DNA of 64,000 nucleotides from Octopus sinensis (taxonomy: Eukaryota), in the NCBI RefSeq assembly GCF_006345805.1, contig NC_042997.1, positions 131,006,001 through 131,070,000 on the forward strand, in the 5' to 3' direction. The notes under the pieces are model-generated. The model saw only the letters and a program-made list of their open reading frames with translations. It ran no database searches and was not told where the DNA came from. The translations under genes were made by a program, and so were the position numbers. This document shows positions 27,791-41,857 of the stretch, one piece after another (the first letter of the stretch is position 1; each line of letters starts with the position of its first letter).

Positions 27791-29259
27791 ACACATGGAT
27801 GTAGGCTTGGCTAACTGAGTGGTTAAGACAGTCACACCACAACTATGATATCATTGCATGCTATTTTGGGCAAGTATCTTTACTTTAACTTCAGGTTGAT
27901 TCAAATTGGATAGATGGAAACTGTAGAAACATATACTTGTAGTTCAAAGAGTCAACTGTGACATTTTGATTTCACCTGAGAATTATATTAAGGATACATG
28001 TCTGCAGACAACTCACCCATTTTATACAGTAATTCAATGATTAAGTTATTCAGCCAGTCCAACCCATGCCAGCATGGAAAACAGATGAATGATGATGATG
28101 AATTGATCAGACAACTGGCTGCTCATATATTGAAATTAGCAGGAGAATCCATTATACACACAACTGATGCATATATATGTAAATTGTGCATGTCAGCTGT
28201 GCAAGTATACCTAAATGCATCTGTGTACTTGTGTATGTATACATATATGCATAGCTAGCAGCCTTGAATACTTGTGTGTGTGTGTGTGCACGTTTCATAG
28301 AGGAATAACATCAACACTTCAAGACTGGAGGGCTTTGATACCAACCATTTACTTTGGTGCTCTCATTGCTGGAAAGTAATTGAAGATGTAGAGAAGAAAC
28401 ACATTTGACACCACCAGAAAGCAGAAAAGAGGCTTGCATGAAGATTAATACCTAGTTTTTTTGCAACCAAGCATTCACAAGTCTTGTGCGCAACTGAAGT
28501 TGCATATAAAAAGTTGTGATGTACAGTAATCAAAGAATCCTTAATTGAAGCAGAAAATGGTCATCATAGAATTCAGTATATCGACTGCATGTGTGTATAT
28601 ATTTAGTGGGCAACATTCACCTCCAAATCAAATTTAATATCCATTAATATTAATCTCCCCTTACGTTAACAGACGTCAATTTCCTGTTACTCAATGACCA
28701 TAACAAATAACCAATATTTTTTTTTACTTTATTTTACAGTAATTTTCATTCTCTAATAATTTTTGCAACATTCTGTGTTTGCAAAACTTTAAACAAATGC
28801 TATCTTAGGTATGGAAGGAAATTGATGACATAATATATTATGCACACAACATATTGTAAGAAATGACTAGTAAGGTATACAACAAATTAGAAGACATATT
28901 CTGTTGTGTCTAGGGAGAGTCATTTTCTTTTTGTGCCTTATAATTTAACATACTAGTAAAATTTCCACTTATTTCTTATTTTTATTTTCCTAAAATTTTC
29001 ATTGCGTCTTGCAACCTTTTCAATAGTCTCTCAAGAGTCAAGACTATTGAAAAAGTTGCAAGATGCAACAAAATTTTTAGAAAAAGAAACAAGTGGAAAT
29101 GTAACGGTGAGTGTGTTAAATTATAAGATACTAAACTCTGCTTGCGAAAACCTGTTGAGGCAAGTGAAATCGAAATCAAAATCAAATTTGATGACTGGCA
29201 TCCGTGCTAGTGGAGCGCTAAGAGTACCATATCAGTGAGATCGGGGCCAGAGCAACAAG

Positions 29260-29640
29260 CTGGCCTTTGTGCCGATGGTACGTTAAAAACACCATCCAAG
29301 CGTGATCATTACCTGCGTCGCCTTACTAGCACTTGTGCTGGTGGCACATGAAAAACATTCGAGCGAGGTTGTTGCCAGTGCCGCTAGACTGGCTCCTGTG
29401 CAGGTGGCACATAAAAAGCACCATTTGAGCGTGGCCATTGCCACCTGACTGGCCCTCGTGCCGGTGGTACATAAAAGCATCCACTACACTCTCGGAGTGG
29501 CTGGCATTTGGAAAGGTATCCAGCTGTAGAAACTTTGACAGATCAGATTGGAGCCTGGTGCAGCCCTCTGGCTTGTTAGCCCTCAGTCAAACCACCCAAC
29601 CTATGCCAGCATGGAAAGCCGACATTAAATGACGATGATA
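29260..29640 (+). mobile_element. Repeat family D
   Basis: Same core, three to four modules. Confidence 0.85.
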
Positions 29641-29759
29641 TATATATATGTGTGTGTGTATACACACACACTTACACGCTACAACAGACAGTTGAGTCCA
29701 GACAGCTACCTGTTAGCTAGCTCCAACATCCAGCGCATGCCAGCATGAAGACCGGTCCC

Positions 29760-29926
29760 TAAGCGATGATGATGATATGCATATATATAGATACATACAT
29801 ACAGATACGTATATATATATATATAGATATAGATACATACAGATACATATATATATATATATATATAGATATATACATACAGATACATATATATATATAT
29901 ATATATATATAGATACATACATACAG

Positions 29927-29977
<51 letters not shown>

Positions 29978-30040
29978 GAGAGAGAGATATATAGATAGAG
30001 AGATACATACATACAGATACATATATATATATATATATAT

Positions 30041-30088
<48 letters not shown>

Positions 30089-30099
30089 TACATACATAC

Positions 30100-30176
<77 letters not shown>

Positions 30177-30187
30177 TACATACATAC

Positions 30188-30222
<35 letters not shown>

Positions 30223-30269
30223 TACATACATACAGATATATATATATATATATTATATATATATATTAT

Positions 30270-30316
<47 letters not shown>

Positions 30317-30332
30317 ATAGATACATACATAC

Positions 30333-30372
<40 letters not shown>

Positions 30373-30471
30373 GATACATACATACAGATATATATATATA
30401 TATATATAGATACATACATACAGATATATATATATATAATATTATATATATATATATAGATACATACATAC

Positions 30472-30521
<50 letters not shown>

Positions 30522-30540
30522 ATACATACATACATACAAA
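29760..30540. repeat. Compound (TA)n/(TACA)n/(GA)n array with a higher-order unit GATACATACATACAGAT(AT)n
   Basis: Directly visible. Confidence 0.95.
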
Positions 30541-31041
30541 CCCACACACTACTTCAACAGGTCTATCAAGTGACCCTGTGCACAAAGGAAGAAATACCAT
30601 TATGGTGGTGACCAAAAAAAGGTAAAAAAAAAAAAAAAATGTTGATCCACGTGTTTTCCTACATCTTGCTTGAGACTTTGCCCTTCATTCTTCAGAGATC
30701 GATAAAATTTAATACCAATACTATATGAGGGTTGAAATCAATCATTTGTATCCCAGCCCTACAGAAGTTGGCTTTGAGCCTAGCCTTAAAAAAAAATCAA
30801 TATTTATTAATAACAGCACAACCATTACTCTCCCCATCTCACTGACCTACTAATCTGCACATCGATTATTACAAGAATAAATTTAACAGACCGAAATATA
30901 TACACGAACGTTTTCAAATTCATTGCTAACCTGTTTTGTCGAAGACAATGTAAAAGGCATAAATTTAAGTCTCAAAGACAATCAAGCCTTTAAGCAAGAA
31001 TAGTTCAGTAAGTGACAGAAATGGTAGTGCCAAATGAATTT

Positions 31042-31470
31042 ATCATCATCATCATCGTTTACCGTCTGCTTTCCATGCTGGCATGGGTTGGACGATTTGA
31101 CTGAGAGCTGGCGAACCAGATGGCTGCACCTGGCTCCAATCTTGATCTGGCAGAGTTTCTACAGCTGGATGCCCTTCCTAACACCAACCACTCCGAGAGT
31201 GTAGTGGGTGCTTTTATGTGCCACCGGCATGGGGGCCAGTCAGGTGGTACTGGCAACGACCTCGCTCGAATGTTTTTACATGTGCCAGTAAGGCAATGCT
31301 GGTAATGATCACGCTCTAATGGTACCTTTTACGTGCCACCAGCACGGAAGCGAGTTAGCCACTCAGGCAACAATCACACTCGGATGGTGCTCTTAGCACC
31401 CTACTAGCACGGGACACAAGTGCCAGTAAGGCGACGCTTGTAGCGATCACACTCGAATGGTGCCTTTTGC
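31042..31470 (-). mobile_element. Repeat family D
   Basis: Begins with (ATC)n on the plus strand; reverse complement of the core. Confidence 0.85.
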
Positions 31471-31851
31471 AATGTATTGAGTTCAAATTCTGGTAGGTTC
31501 AAATTTTCCTTCCAGCCATCTGGGTTTCATAAAAACACACACACAAAAAAAGTATCAGTAATATACTAGTTTAACTTAACCAACCATACAACATCATCGT
31601 CATTTAATGTCCAGTTTTCCATGCTTGGAACTTTTTGAGTCAGATTTTTTGCAGCTAGATACCCTTACGGTTGTTAATCCTCACCTGTTTCTAAGTGAGG
31701 TAAGATTTTACTCTGTCCAGACATGATTTTCATAGAGACTGGTAATGAACAATCTTACTTGTAGGACATTGATGTTCAATGCAACCATCAAATGTCTGAA
31801 CAAGGGGATGCACAAACACACATACACATGCGACAGGTTTTATTTAGTTTT

Positions 31852-32083
31852 AGGGTGGTGAGCTGGCAGAATAGTTAGCACACCGGGTGAAATGCTGAGT
31901 GGTATTTCGTCTGCCATTACGTTCTGAGTTCAAATTCCGCTGAGGTCGACTTTGCCTTTCATCCTTTCGGGGTCGATTAAATAAGTACCAGTTACGCACT
32001 GAGGTTGATATAATCGACTTAATCCGTTTGTCTGTCCATCTTTGTCCTCTCTATGTTTAGCCCCTTGTGGGTAGTAAAGAAAT
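31852..32083 (+). mobile_element. SINE family A, full length, nested in a minus-strand family B copy
   Basis: 17-bp TSD AGGTTTTATTTAGTTTT (31835-31851/32084-32100). Confidence 0.9.
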
Positions 32084-33425
32084 AGGTTTTATTTAGTTTT
32101 TGCCTACCAAATCCCCTCACAAGGCTTTTGTTGGTCTAAGGTGCCATACAGCAGGACTGAACTCACTTCCTTAAAGATTAGTGGCCTAAGGCAAAAATTA
32201 TACTGCAACATATTACCAAGCCCAGGTAAAGAAATTGTAAAATAAAGAGTGTAGTACTCTTCTTGTTTTATCACAGCTCATTATCAGTAGCAAGAGGAAA
32301 CACAATGTGCTGCTGGCTAACTAACTTTGACAGGTTTGGTGGCAATGTACTGATTAGGTTGGCCTAGATCAGAAGATAATGGTTAATGGCTTCCTTAATG
32401 TTTTTTCTCTTTGATAGTGAAAAGGGAAGTAGTTGAGGGGAGGGGGAAAATAAACAGAGGAACCATTGCAGATTACATACATGAAAAATGAAAAGAAAAA
32501 AAAAAGGGTAAGGAGTAGAAGAAAGTAATGTATGGAGAAAATGAAGTAGAATAGTTTAAGAAAGGTCTTTTTAGTGCATAGTGTTATGATAAAAGTTTCA
32601 GACAAAATGTACCAGGAGCCATATATTTTTGTTGCAACACCATTGTTGAGTATTTAATCAAGATCTGCTTGTTTATTTTAAATTATTGTGCTGAGCTACC
32701 ATCACTCCATCAGGTGCCACTGTTTTACTGTTTGGTCATGGTTGTTTGCTTGCTTATTTGTTCTGCTGAATCATAGAAAAAAAAAAAGCTAGGAAATTTT
32801 TATAATTCTCTCTCTTTTTTTTTTTTTTTTACGAAAGTAGAGTAATGACTGTTGATTTATTAGTAAATTGCGTGAACATTAAACATATAGCAGCCCTGCT
32901 CTTATACATTGAAGTTATGGTTATATGAAATGCAAATCAATTGAATAAAATACAAAATGCAATAGAAATAAATTGAGAGAAGGTGAAGTAGGAATTATAC
33001 TAATAATTTGCTTAGTTAATCAAGCAATGTATGATTTCATCAATGGCTAGTGTAGCAAAGAAGGGTAATTATAGAAGTAAAAGATTTGAAAGTTGGTTTG
33101 GTTGAGATGACAATACAAAATATGATTAGCCGAGATGTAATGCAGTGTGGATTTGTACTACAATGTAAAACCATAGATGTCATATTTCTAGAAAGACAAC
33201 TGTAAAGAAACTACTCTTTGACATTTGGTGCCTTGGAGAGGCCTTCAACTGAAGCCCACACTCCACAACTTGATGGGTCCAAAGAAAAATTGTTATGTAG
33301 ATGAATGATTTGTAACAGCTGTTCAAGTAAAATATGGGGTAAATCAATTTAGGTTTAATGGAAGAGTTTGTAAATATGTGAGTGTTCACCAGAGATCTGT
33401 TTGCTATACAACAGTATTTATTATA

Positions 33426-33656
33426 TATTTCTTTACTACCCACAAGGGGCTAAATACAGAGGGGACAAACAAGGACAGACAAACGGATTAAGTCGATTAC
33501 ATCGACCCCAGTGCATAACTGGTACTTAATTTATCGACCCTGAAAGGATGAAAGGCAAAGTCGACCTCAGCGGAATTTGAACTCAGAATGTAGCGGCAGA
33601 CAAAATACGGTTACGCATTTCGTCCGGCATGCTAACGTTTATGCCAGCTCGCCGCC
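33426..33656 (-). mobile_element. SINE family A
   Basis: Reverse complement of the family A consensus. Confidence 0.85.
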
Positions 33657-34337
33657 TTTGTCTTACAATAATATTTATTATAGTTAAGGTCTGACTAAAG
33701 AAAAAAATGTCTTTAGAAACTTTTAATGCTGATGACATGCACCTTGAGCAACAAAAAAGTTTCAGACTCAAAGTAATATTTTAAAGGTGGCCCAATGCCT
33801 AAAAGTCATCATGGTAAACACAAAATTCTTAATTAGTAATAGAGAGTACAAAATCTAAGTGCCATTTAAATGTAGCCTTACGTACTGAGTAAAGAACAAA
33901 CAGAAAAAATGCAGTGGGATCTCCGGCAGACTGATGGGGAACCAGAAATTCATGTGCCCCTACTGTTTAAATTGTGTGTACAATACAGAATTTGCCCTTA
34001 TTTCTTACAAGGTCACTTCCAGAAGGTACTGGTTGTAGTAAATTTAATTAAGGAAATAAGGATGGTCATGATAAAAGTCTACTGTTTCTGTCATTACACT
34101 ACTCTTTGAAATAAGAAATAATAACAATGTTAATGGATTTTTAATTATACATCAAATATTTATTTGTGAGATAAGATATTAAGTGACTTTCCTAAAATCA
34201 CTTTACTACACAGAACAGATATTCACAGCTCTATCGGTGGTGTAAAAGTAAATAGTGTTGCATGGCATGTGGAAGACTAGGTCTGATAAATATAGTTTTT
34301 TTTTTCTATGTAGAAGTGAGAAAGATGACTCGACTGG

Positions 34338-34648
34338 ATCATCATCATCGTTTAATGTCTGTTTTCGATGCTAGCATGGGTTGGACGGTTTGACTGGGGT
34401 CTAGGAAGCTAGGAGGCTGCGCCAGGCTCTAGTTTGATCTGGCAGTGTTTCTATGGCTGGATACCCTTCCTAAAGCCAACCACTCCGTGAGTGTAGTGAA
34501 TGCTTTTTATGTGCCACCGGCTAAGGGGCCAGAGGAGGCTTGCAAACGGCCACGATCGGTTGGTGCTTTTTACATGTCACCGACATGGATGCCAGTCAGG
34601 CAGCGCAGGCATCAGCCATGTTCGGCTGGTGCTTTATACGTGCCACCG
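34338..34648 (-). mobile_element. Repeat family D, variant
   Basis: (ATC)n tail and core in reverse. Confidence 0.8.
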
Positions 34649-36951
34649 TTGGAATAAAAACACACTGGGTTTAAGTTCAAATCTGCTGCAGGTGATTTGT
34701 TGTTTCCAAGTTGGTACAATCGTCAGAAAAAAAAAAAAAAAAAAAAGAAGTCATATGGAAATATTATCTGCTGGCATTAAACCCAGAGGGAGATTTATCA
34801 TCCATTCACTTCACCCAATGAAACTAGAACTAAGCACTGGTACACAAAGTCTCTCAGTGTTTTAAGAGATTATGTACAAGTCTAGGACTTAATCACCTAT
34901 CCACTATGTCAGTAACTCTAATAATTACTTTTCACACAGAATACAAAACCTAGATATTTTTATGTTGGAAGAACAGGAAGTGAAATGGCTCCAACAAAAA
35001 ACTGAAGCCAACTTAGATTAATTGGCTTGTCATGAATATATTCCACTCTAAGAGTAACAAAAGCAATAAAGACGGACATGACATCAGGTCAGTTTTTGCA
35101 GAAGAGTTGGCTTGAATGCTTGTACCCTCGGGAAAAGTAGTTGGTTCTAGTGGGATTTCAGTAGGAAACAAATGGATAGCTGCATAACTGGTTACTACAT
35201 GACTGTATTGCTAGGTCTCTTTACCATCTTATAATAATTCTGCTTGTTTCTGTTACTTAGCCTCTTTGTAATGCTTCCAGTGATTAGGGGGAGGGAGAGG
35301 TGGTGGTAAGTGAGATGTGTAATTTTTTTTTCTTTTGAACTAAGTTGTTTTCCTTTGTTACTTAGCCTGTCTGTAACGCTTTCACGTGATTAGCTGAAGG
35401 GAAAAGCAGACAGCGAAAGAAAAAGAGGGTAAGGCAAAAAGTGAGAGAGAGAGAGGGAGAGTGCTGTGTATAAAGTTTATAAAGTGCATTAAGTAATCAT
35501 TGTATTCCAATTTCCTTCACTTTTCAAAGATTAGCATATGAGTGACTATTTTTGATACAGACACAACACAAGCTATGCTTTCAGGTTTTTTGGATAAAGT
35601 TTTCAGAAATAACCCAATAAATTTACCATTAATTCCGTGAAATATTTACAGGTCCCGCTCGTAATAATAATTTCTTTTGTTGAACCAAGTACTTGATTGG
35701 GAATAATTTCAGTGATTTAGATGAAAGGCAAACTTGACCTCATAAGATATTGGACTTAGTACTTAAAAGGGACATCACTAAATACCACAAAACATTTTGG
35801 TTTTCTATTGATAATAATGATAATTGTTTCTAATTTAGATGCAAGGCCAGCATTTTTGAGGGGAGGGGCTTAACTGATTACACACTTCATAAACGCCGGA
35901 AGAATGAAAAGCAAAGTTGACTGCTGGAATTTGAACTCAGAAATAAATATCACAAAGCATTTATTTAATGTTCTAATAATTCTGCCAGTTCACTGTCCTT
36001 GATAACCATTTCTTACAATGGCCCAAATTTGCTTAGGATTATATCGACCCTAATACACAGCAAGTACTTATTTCATCAACCAGAAACATGAGGTGCTGTA
36101 ATTCAATACTGCAACATATTTTGTCTGATGTTATTGTTTATACCACTTCACTGCCTTTCTTTTACCACATATGCAATAATAATAGAAATGGTGTTTAACT
36201 TTGGCACGAAGCCACAATTTTGTAGGGAAGGGGTGAAGTCAATTATAATCAGAATCAGTACATATCTAGTACCTACTTTAACCCCAGCCCAACCCAAGAT
36301 GAATGAAAGATAAAGTTGGCCTTGGTAAATTCAAACTAAAGGTGCAAACTGATGTTCTACATTTAGCCACTCTACTGGTCATAACAATTATCATCTAGGC
36401 ACAAGGCCAGAAATATTGATGGAAGGGACAGTTAGTTACATCAGTCCAGTTACTTATTTACAAAAATATGTAAATTAACACTGGCTCTATTTGGATTTGA
36501 ACTAAACACATAAAGGGATATAGTAACCCTAACCTAAATCAGACATACACTCTTCTATTGTTTATCATCTAAAATTATATCAGATATGAAGTTCATTAAC
36601 ACAGTTTATATTCTGTATTACTTTAATCATAAATATTTCTAGCTTTGGCAAAAAGCCACAAGATGAATGAAAACAAAAGGACATTTTTCTTAACATGTGT
36701 TTGGTCAATATTTGACTAAATTATGCACTACTAATCTTTATTAGCTGCCAGTAAGTATCTGAATGAAATTGTGTTTCTATGTACTTACATGTATGACTAT
36801 AGCTTTTATTGTGCTTAATTTATTTTTCATATAAAATACACTGATTGCCCGGTATAAAAACATATTGAACAGGGTTTAGTTTTATTTACATCCAAATAAC
36901 AAAGCAACATTTTTGTGGTCCTCCCACAGAAAAAAATGCATTGAAATCATT

Positions 36952-37333
36952 TCTCTCTATATAAACGGCAGTTTGTCTGTGCGTGTTTCTGTGTGTCTGT
37001 TTGCTTGTACCCTCACCCTGACCACGGCTTTCAACCGATTCTGATGAAACTTGACACACACATAGCCCAATGTCATAATTCAAAACTAACGCAGCGAAAA
37101 TTTTGAAAAGTTCCCCCAGTTCTGAAAAAAATCGATAAATTCGACATGGGGTCGAGAATCAGAAACACAACCTGCAAACTGTCTAGGGGACGCAACTCCA
37201 CCTTTTTTTACTCTCAAAAAAATTTACCATCATTATTTTCCATTTTTTTGCTATTTTTTGGCTATAACTCTCTAAAAATGCTTTTATAGTTATTTCCCTT
37301 ACAAACCTGAGCAACGCCGGGCGATACTGCTAG
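36952..37333 (+). mobile_element. Non-autonomous Helitron
   Basis: 5' TCTCTCTATATAAA..., 3' hairpin CCTGAGCAACGCCGGG followed by CTAG|T. CpG-rich compared with the surrounding intron. Confidence 0.8.
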
Positions 37334-37784
37334 TTGAATTACAAAGGTGTAGTTCTTAGCTTCGACAGGGTCTGAGTTAGGGATTACCTCAAAGGAATAA
37401 CCAATTACACAGACAAGCACTGCTAAAATGTTAGCACCTAATGCTTTGGTGAATTCGAAGAATGTGATAGCAGTGCACAACACACAAGTTAAAATGTTCT
37501 AAAAATGGTGTGTGTGTGTGTGTGGGGGGGGGAGTGGAAACTTTTCTTTCATACATATTTCATTGAAGGCCTGACTATGTTCCAGTTTTATCCTTTATAT
37601 TTATAAATTTTTCATATTTTCTATCAGTTACCTGGAACTGATAGTTCCTATAGATATAAGTTTATAAATCTACATTCAACATTTCCACACCTTCACAGAT
37701 GCAAAATCTATTTCAGTTCTTGAAAATGAGACTGCAAAAGTGTGGAAGCATTGAACATGAATTTAGAAACTTTATTGTTTTAAA

Positions 37785-38057
37785 ACTGGACTGGCTCCTG
37801 TGCAGGTGGCATGTAAAAAACACCATTTGAGCATGGTCATTGCCAGTATCGCCTGACTGGCCCTTGTGCTGGTAGCACGTAAAAACATCCACTACACTCT
37901 CAGAGTGGTTGGTGTTAGGAAAGGCATCCAGCTGTAGAAACTCTGCTAGCTCAGATTGGAGCCTGGTGCAGCCATCTGGTTTGCCAGTACTCAGTCAGAT
38001 TGTCCAACCCATGCCAGCATGGAAAGCGGACGTTAAATGACGACGATGATGATGATG

Positions 38058-38058
<1 letters not shown>
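37785..38058 (+). mobile_element. Repeat family D
   Basis: Core and (GAT)n tail followed by (TA)n. Confidence 0.85.
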
Positions 38059-38099
<41 letters not shown>

Positions 38100-38888
38100 C
38101 TGGGCAGAAACATTCAATTTAATTATCATCAGAAGCAATTAGCACATAACACTCATTTACAGTTGAGTGATTAGTGTCATAAAACACTAGTCCAGTAATT
38201 CATAATTTGCTGAACTATCCATGATTCATATAATTAGACAAAAAAGAAAGAAAAAGTAACAGATGGCAGAGGTGGTAATGTGGTAGTGCGTTCGACACAA
38301 TACTTTGTGAGATTTTGTTCAGTCCTTTAATATTCTGAGTTCAAACTCTGTTACAGATGATTTTACCTATGGCAGTAGATGAAATGTGCATCAGTGAGTT
38401 GCAGGGCCTAATGCAAAAGGTACCCCAGCAAAAAGAAAGAGGAGAGAAAAGTCAACAATATACTTTGACCTCTGGTCCTCAGTTACGCTGTCTTTCTTTC
38501 CTTCTGCCTTTTCTATTGCCCAACTCCTCAGAGCTGTCTGGACTTGTGCCAACACCACTCCCTTGCCCCCACCCTCTAGCACCCACATTGTGCCCAATTG
38601 CCTAATCCCTGCATTAACCATTATATCCAGTCTTTCTTGAACAAAGTGTTGGTATTCAGAAATTCTCTCCCTGCAGTTTTTGATTAGCAACAATTTAAGA
38701 AACGGCTTTTGTGTGTTTCTTAAATGGCTTATAAACACCTTCCACGCTGCAATTGTTTTCGTTTCAGCACACGATCTCAGATCAAATTACTTGCTATGCG
38801 AGTACATCTCCGTAATTAATTAAATGCATTGATCTTAATGATCTTGGCAGGCCTGCTATAGTCATGGGCACACACACTTCCTCTAGAC

Positions 38889-39135
38889 TAGTGCTTCTCA
38901 ACTGTTTTTTTTACCTATGGACCCCCTTGATTCCTGTTTCATTCAGATGGACCCTTATAACCATTTAATGTTTAAAAAATCATATATTTTTATAATTAAA
39001 TATTATGAAAAAAAAAAAGATATTAAGGTATTTTGTGTATTATAGAAGTACTACCAATTTATTGCAGATAAATTTTTATGACAAAAACTTATATGGAACC
39101 CCAAAGGTCATGTGGATCTCAACTGAGGACCACTG
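38889..39135. mobile_element. hAT-type MITE, degenerate
   Basis: Termini TAGTGCTTCTCAAC and GAGGACCACTG. Left flank CTCTAGAC resembles a hAT-Charlie target, but no matching TSD is seen. Confidence 0.45.
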
Positions 39136-39307
39136 CCTTAAGCCAATCCAGCAAAATTAAATTAAAAAAAAAAAAGTCCCACCTAAATATTCTTATTAGA
39201 AGACGGACCCACCCAAGATAAAAACAAAATCTGTTTCAACAATGTTTTCACATCAGGAATCTTGCAAACCAAATACAAAATAAAAGAAACTAATTAACAA
39301 AAAAAAA

Positions 39308-39624
39308 TTATTATTTTATTTATGCGCCCTTTTCAAGTCTAGCCAGGCTCATGGGCCCGGTTTCCAGTTTCTGTGGCCGTATGTGTTCCCCCCAGCTGGA
39401 CAGGATGCCAGTCCATCGCAGTGTTACTCAAGAAACAGGAGGAAGAAGTGAGAGAAAGTTGAGGCGAAAGAGTACAACAGGGGTCGCCACCACCCCCTGC
39501 CAGAGCCTCGTGGAGCTTTAGGTGTTTTTGCTCAATAAACACACACAACGCCTGGTCTGGGAATCGAAACCGCGATCCTCCGACCGTGAGTCCCTTGCCC
39601 TAACCACTAGGCCATTGCACCTCC
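39308..39624 (-). mobile_element. SINE family C, long variant
   Basis: Same head and tail as the 3236 copy, with a different central segment. Confidence 0.85.
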
Positions 39625-39626
39625 AC

Positions 39627-39839
39627 TTAAACCGGACATAGCTAATCAAAATATTCTACTTGTTTTATGTTCAAACTGGCCAGATCTTGCCTCTCGTGCC
39701 TACTCTAAAATGTCGTTCCAAAAATATACAATCATATCATTGAAATCTCAAAGCTACAAGATAATAGATGCTTAATTCAAAACAATGTGAATAGATAAGC
39801 ATTGCATTCAACAGAATGATCTGAATGCTTAAGGGTTAA
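39627..39839 (+). mobile_element. piggyBac-type MITE, family 2 (left end missing)
   Basis: Ends AAGGG|TTAA; homologous to 15738-15905. Confidence 0.6.
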
Positions 39840-40101
39840 GGAAGATTGTGCTGCTGTTTCTAACAGGTCAATTAACCACTTGGAAAGTTTATCATTGGTT
39901 CATGTTAATATATAATGATGGCTGTAAATTGGCAGAATCATTAGCATATCAGAATAAAATACTTTGTGGTGTTTAGTTACATTCCATTATGTTTTGAATT
40001 TACATCCTAACAAAAATAGATTTTTGGTTTTTATTACTTGATAACTTGAATGTGTAGAACCAGTTCACTGACAGATCTTAAGAAATAAGGAACATCAAAT
40101 C

Positions 40102-40332
40102 TTAACCCTTTTGTTACCAACCCGGCTGAAACCGACTCTGGCTATGAGTACAAATATCTTGTTTTCAGAAGTAGTTTTGAATTAAAATCTTCCTCCAAAC
40201 CTTGGTCACAATTTATGTTTCTAACACTAGCTGAATGATAACTAAGTTATTTTAGTAAATTCTTTGTTGTATTTAAAGTAATTGAAAGAAACACAGAGCA
40301 TCTCAAAATAAATACAGTGACAAAAGGGTTAA
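40102..40332 (+). mobile_element. piggyBac-type MITE, family 1
   Basis: TTAA|CCCTTTT...AAAAGGG|TTAA. Confidence 0.8.
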
Positions 40333-40581
40333 AGCAGTTTTGGAACTGTTTTCCAACACAATTAGATGACAAATTCAAAGTGGTGGAACAATGAAATATA
40401 AAAAACTTTTGAGGAAAAGTGCGATGAATTCTGGATATGAAGTTTAAATGCCTCACAAATAAGCAGATTCAAGTCAGGAATAATAACTCAAAATATGCAA
40501 TTGTGTGTCTAGAGATAGACAAAGATCTGCCGAATGCATAACTGAATGAAGGAGGACCTGAGTAGAAAGGAAGAAATAACA

Positions 40582-40809
40582 TTAATCCTTTCATTACTGT
40601 ATTTATTTTGAGATGCTCTGTGTTTCTTTCAAGTACTTTAAATAGAACAAAGAATTTAGTAAAATAACTTAGTTATCATTCAGCTAGTGTTAGGAACATA
40701 AATTGTGACTAAGATTTGGTGGAAGATTTTAATTCAAAACTTATGAAAATAAGACATTTGTACTCAGAGCCAGAGCCAGTTTCAACCGGGGTGGTAACAA
40801 AAGGGTTAA
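40582..40809 (-). mobile_element. piggyBac-type MITE, family 1, inverted copy
   Basis: Reverse complement of 40102-40332; ends AAAAGGG|TTAA. Confidence 0.8.
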
Positions 40810-41857
40810 GTTATTTCTTGACTGCATGGTTTATGCTCATAGCAAAAACTGTTTTCCAATGCAAGCTGATAAAACTCAAGTGTGTTTGTAATCCGTAACA
40901 GTGTGCTGAACACGGTCATAATGCCCATTGCTTGCAGCACATGATATCACAAGAAGGTAGAACAACTGAAGGATGTGGCTGTTGAGATAGCTGACTTTTT
41001 GGCTTCAGGTACACCCAGATCTATCATGCCCATGATCAAAAGCACTCCAGTAGTAGCCATATTATCTTACTTTCAGGAATAATGCATCTTCTTAATCTCA
41101 CAAATTCATTCCTCAATGTTGTCTGAGCTTACTTTTACTTTTATACTACCTAAATTTATATGATGAAAGTCATTCCAACTGTGACTAACACAGCTTAATT
41201 TCAGACATACTGGATAAAGAAATCCTGACTATACTGTGTCCTGAAGACGGTAGAGTGTAATTCGAAGGATGTTTGGCAGGGCAATCAATCATATCAAAGC
41301 TTTCTCTGTTGTTGATAATGATCATGATAAAATAGTTAGTGCCTAACTAAATCACAGAAACCTAGTTTATAAGTCGTGAGTAATCAGGTAATATACTTTC
41401 AGAGAATAAGATTTATTGGTCTAAATTTAAGCTCCATGTAACATTTTAATCACTAGTAGCAATGATTAATAGTACACAAGAATAAATCACGCACACACAG
41501 TCACTAGCACTAAACAGGTTAACCTTTCTTCATAGCTATATAGTTTAAACAGTACAAAGCAACTGTTGTTGATTAATATAATTGTGATGCAAGCAGCAGT
41601 TAGTTTGTACAGCCAAAAATAAAGACAAACTCACATATCTTCACGTTACGAAGAACACAAATAAGTTGCAGACAATTTGAGGGAAATGGACAGGAAGAGA
41701 AGAAAGAAAAATCAAAAACCCAACAGCAAAAAAAACCCAAAACAAATAAAAACCTAAAACTCTGTAAAATGTACATAATATTCCACACTAATCTATTCTT
41801 GAGTTAAAAATTCAAATTAAAACTTAAAAATACAGAACAAACTTAATGTAAAAATAT

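Noticed and set aside
29706-30547. Long Y/I/C/V-rich ORFs, also at 55.4-56.9 kb and 61.7-62.4 kb
   Set aside because: Translations of (TA)n/(CA)n microsatellites, which lack stop codons in these frames.
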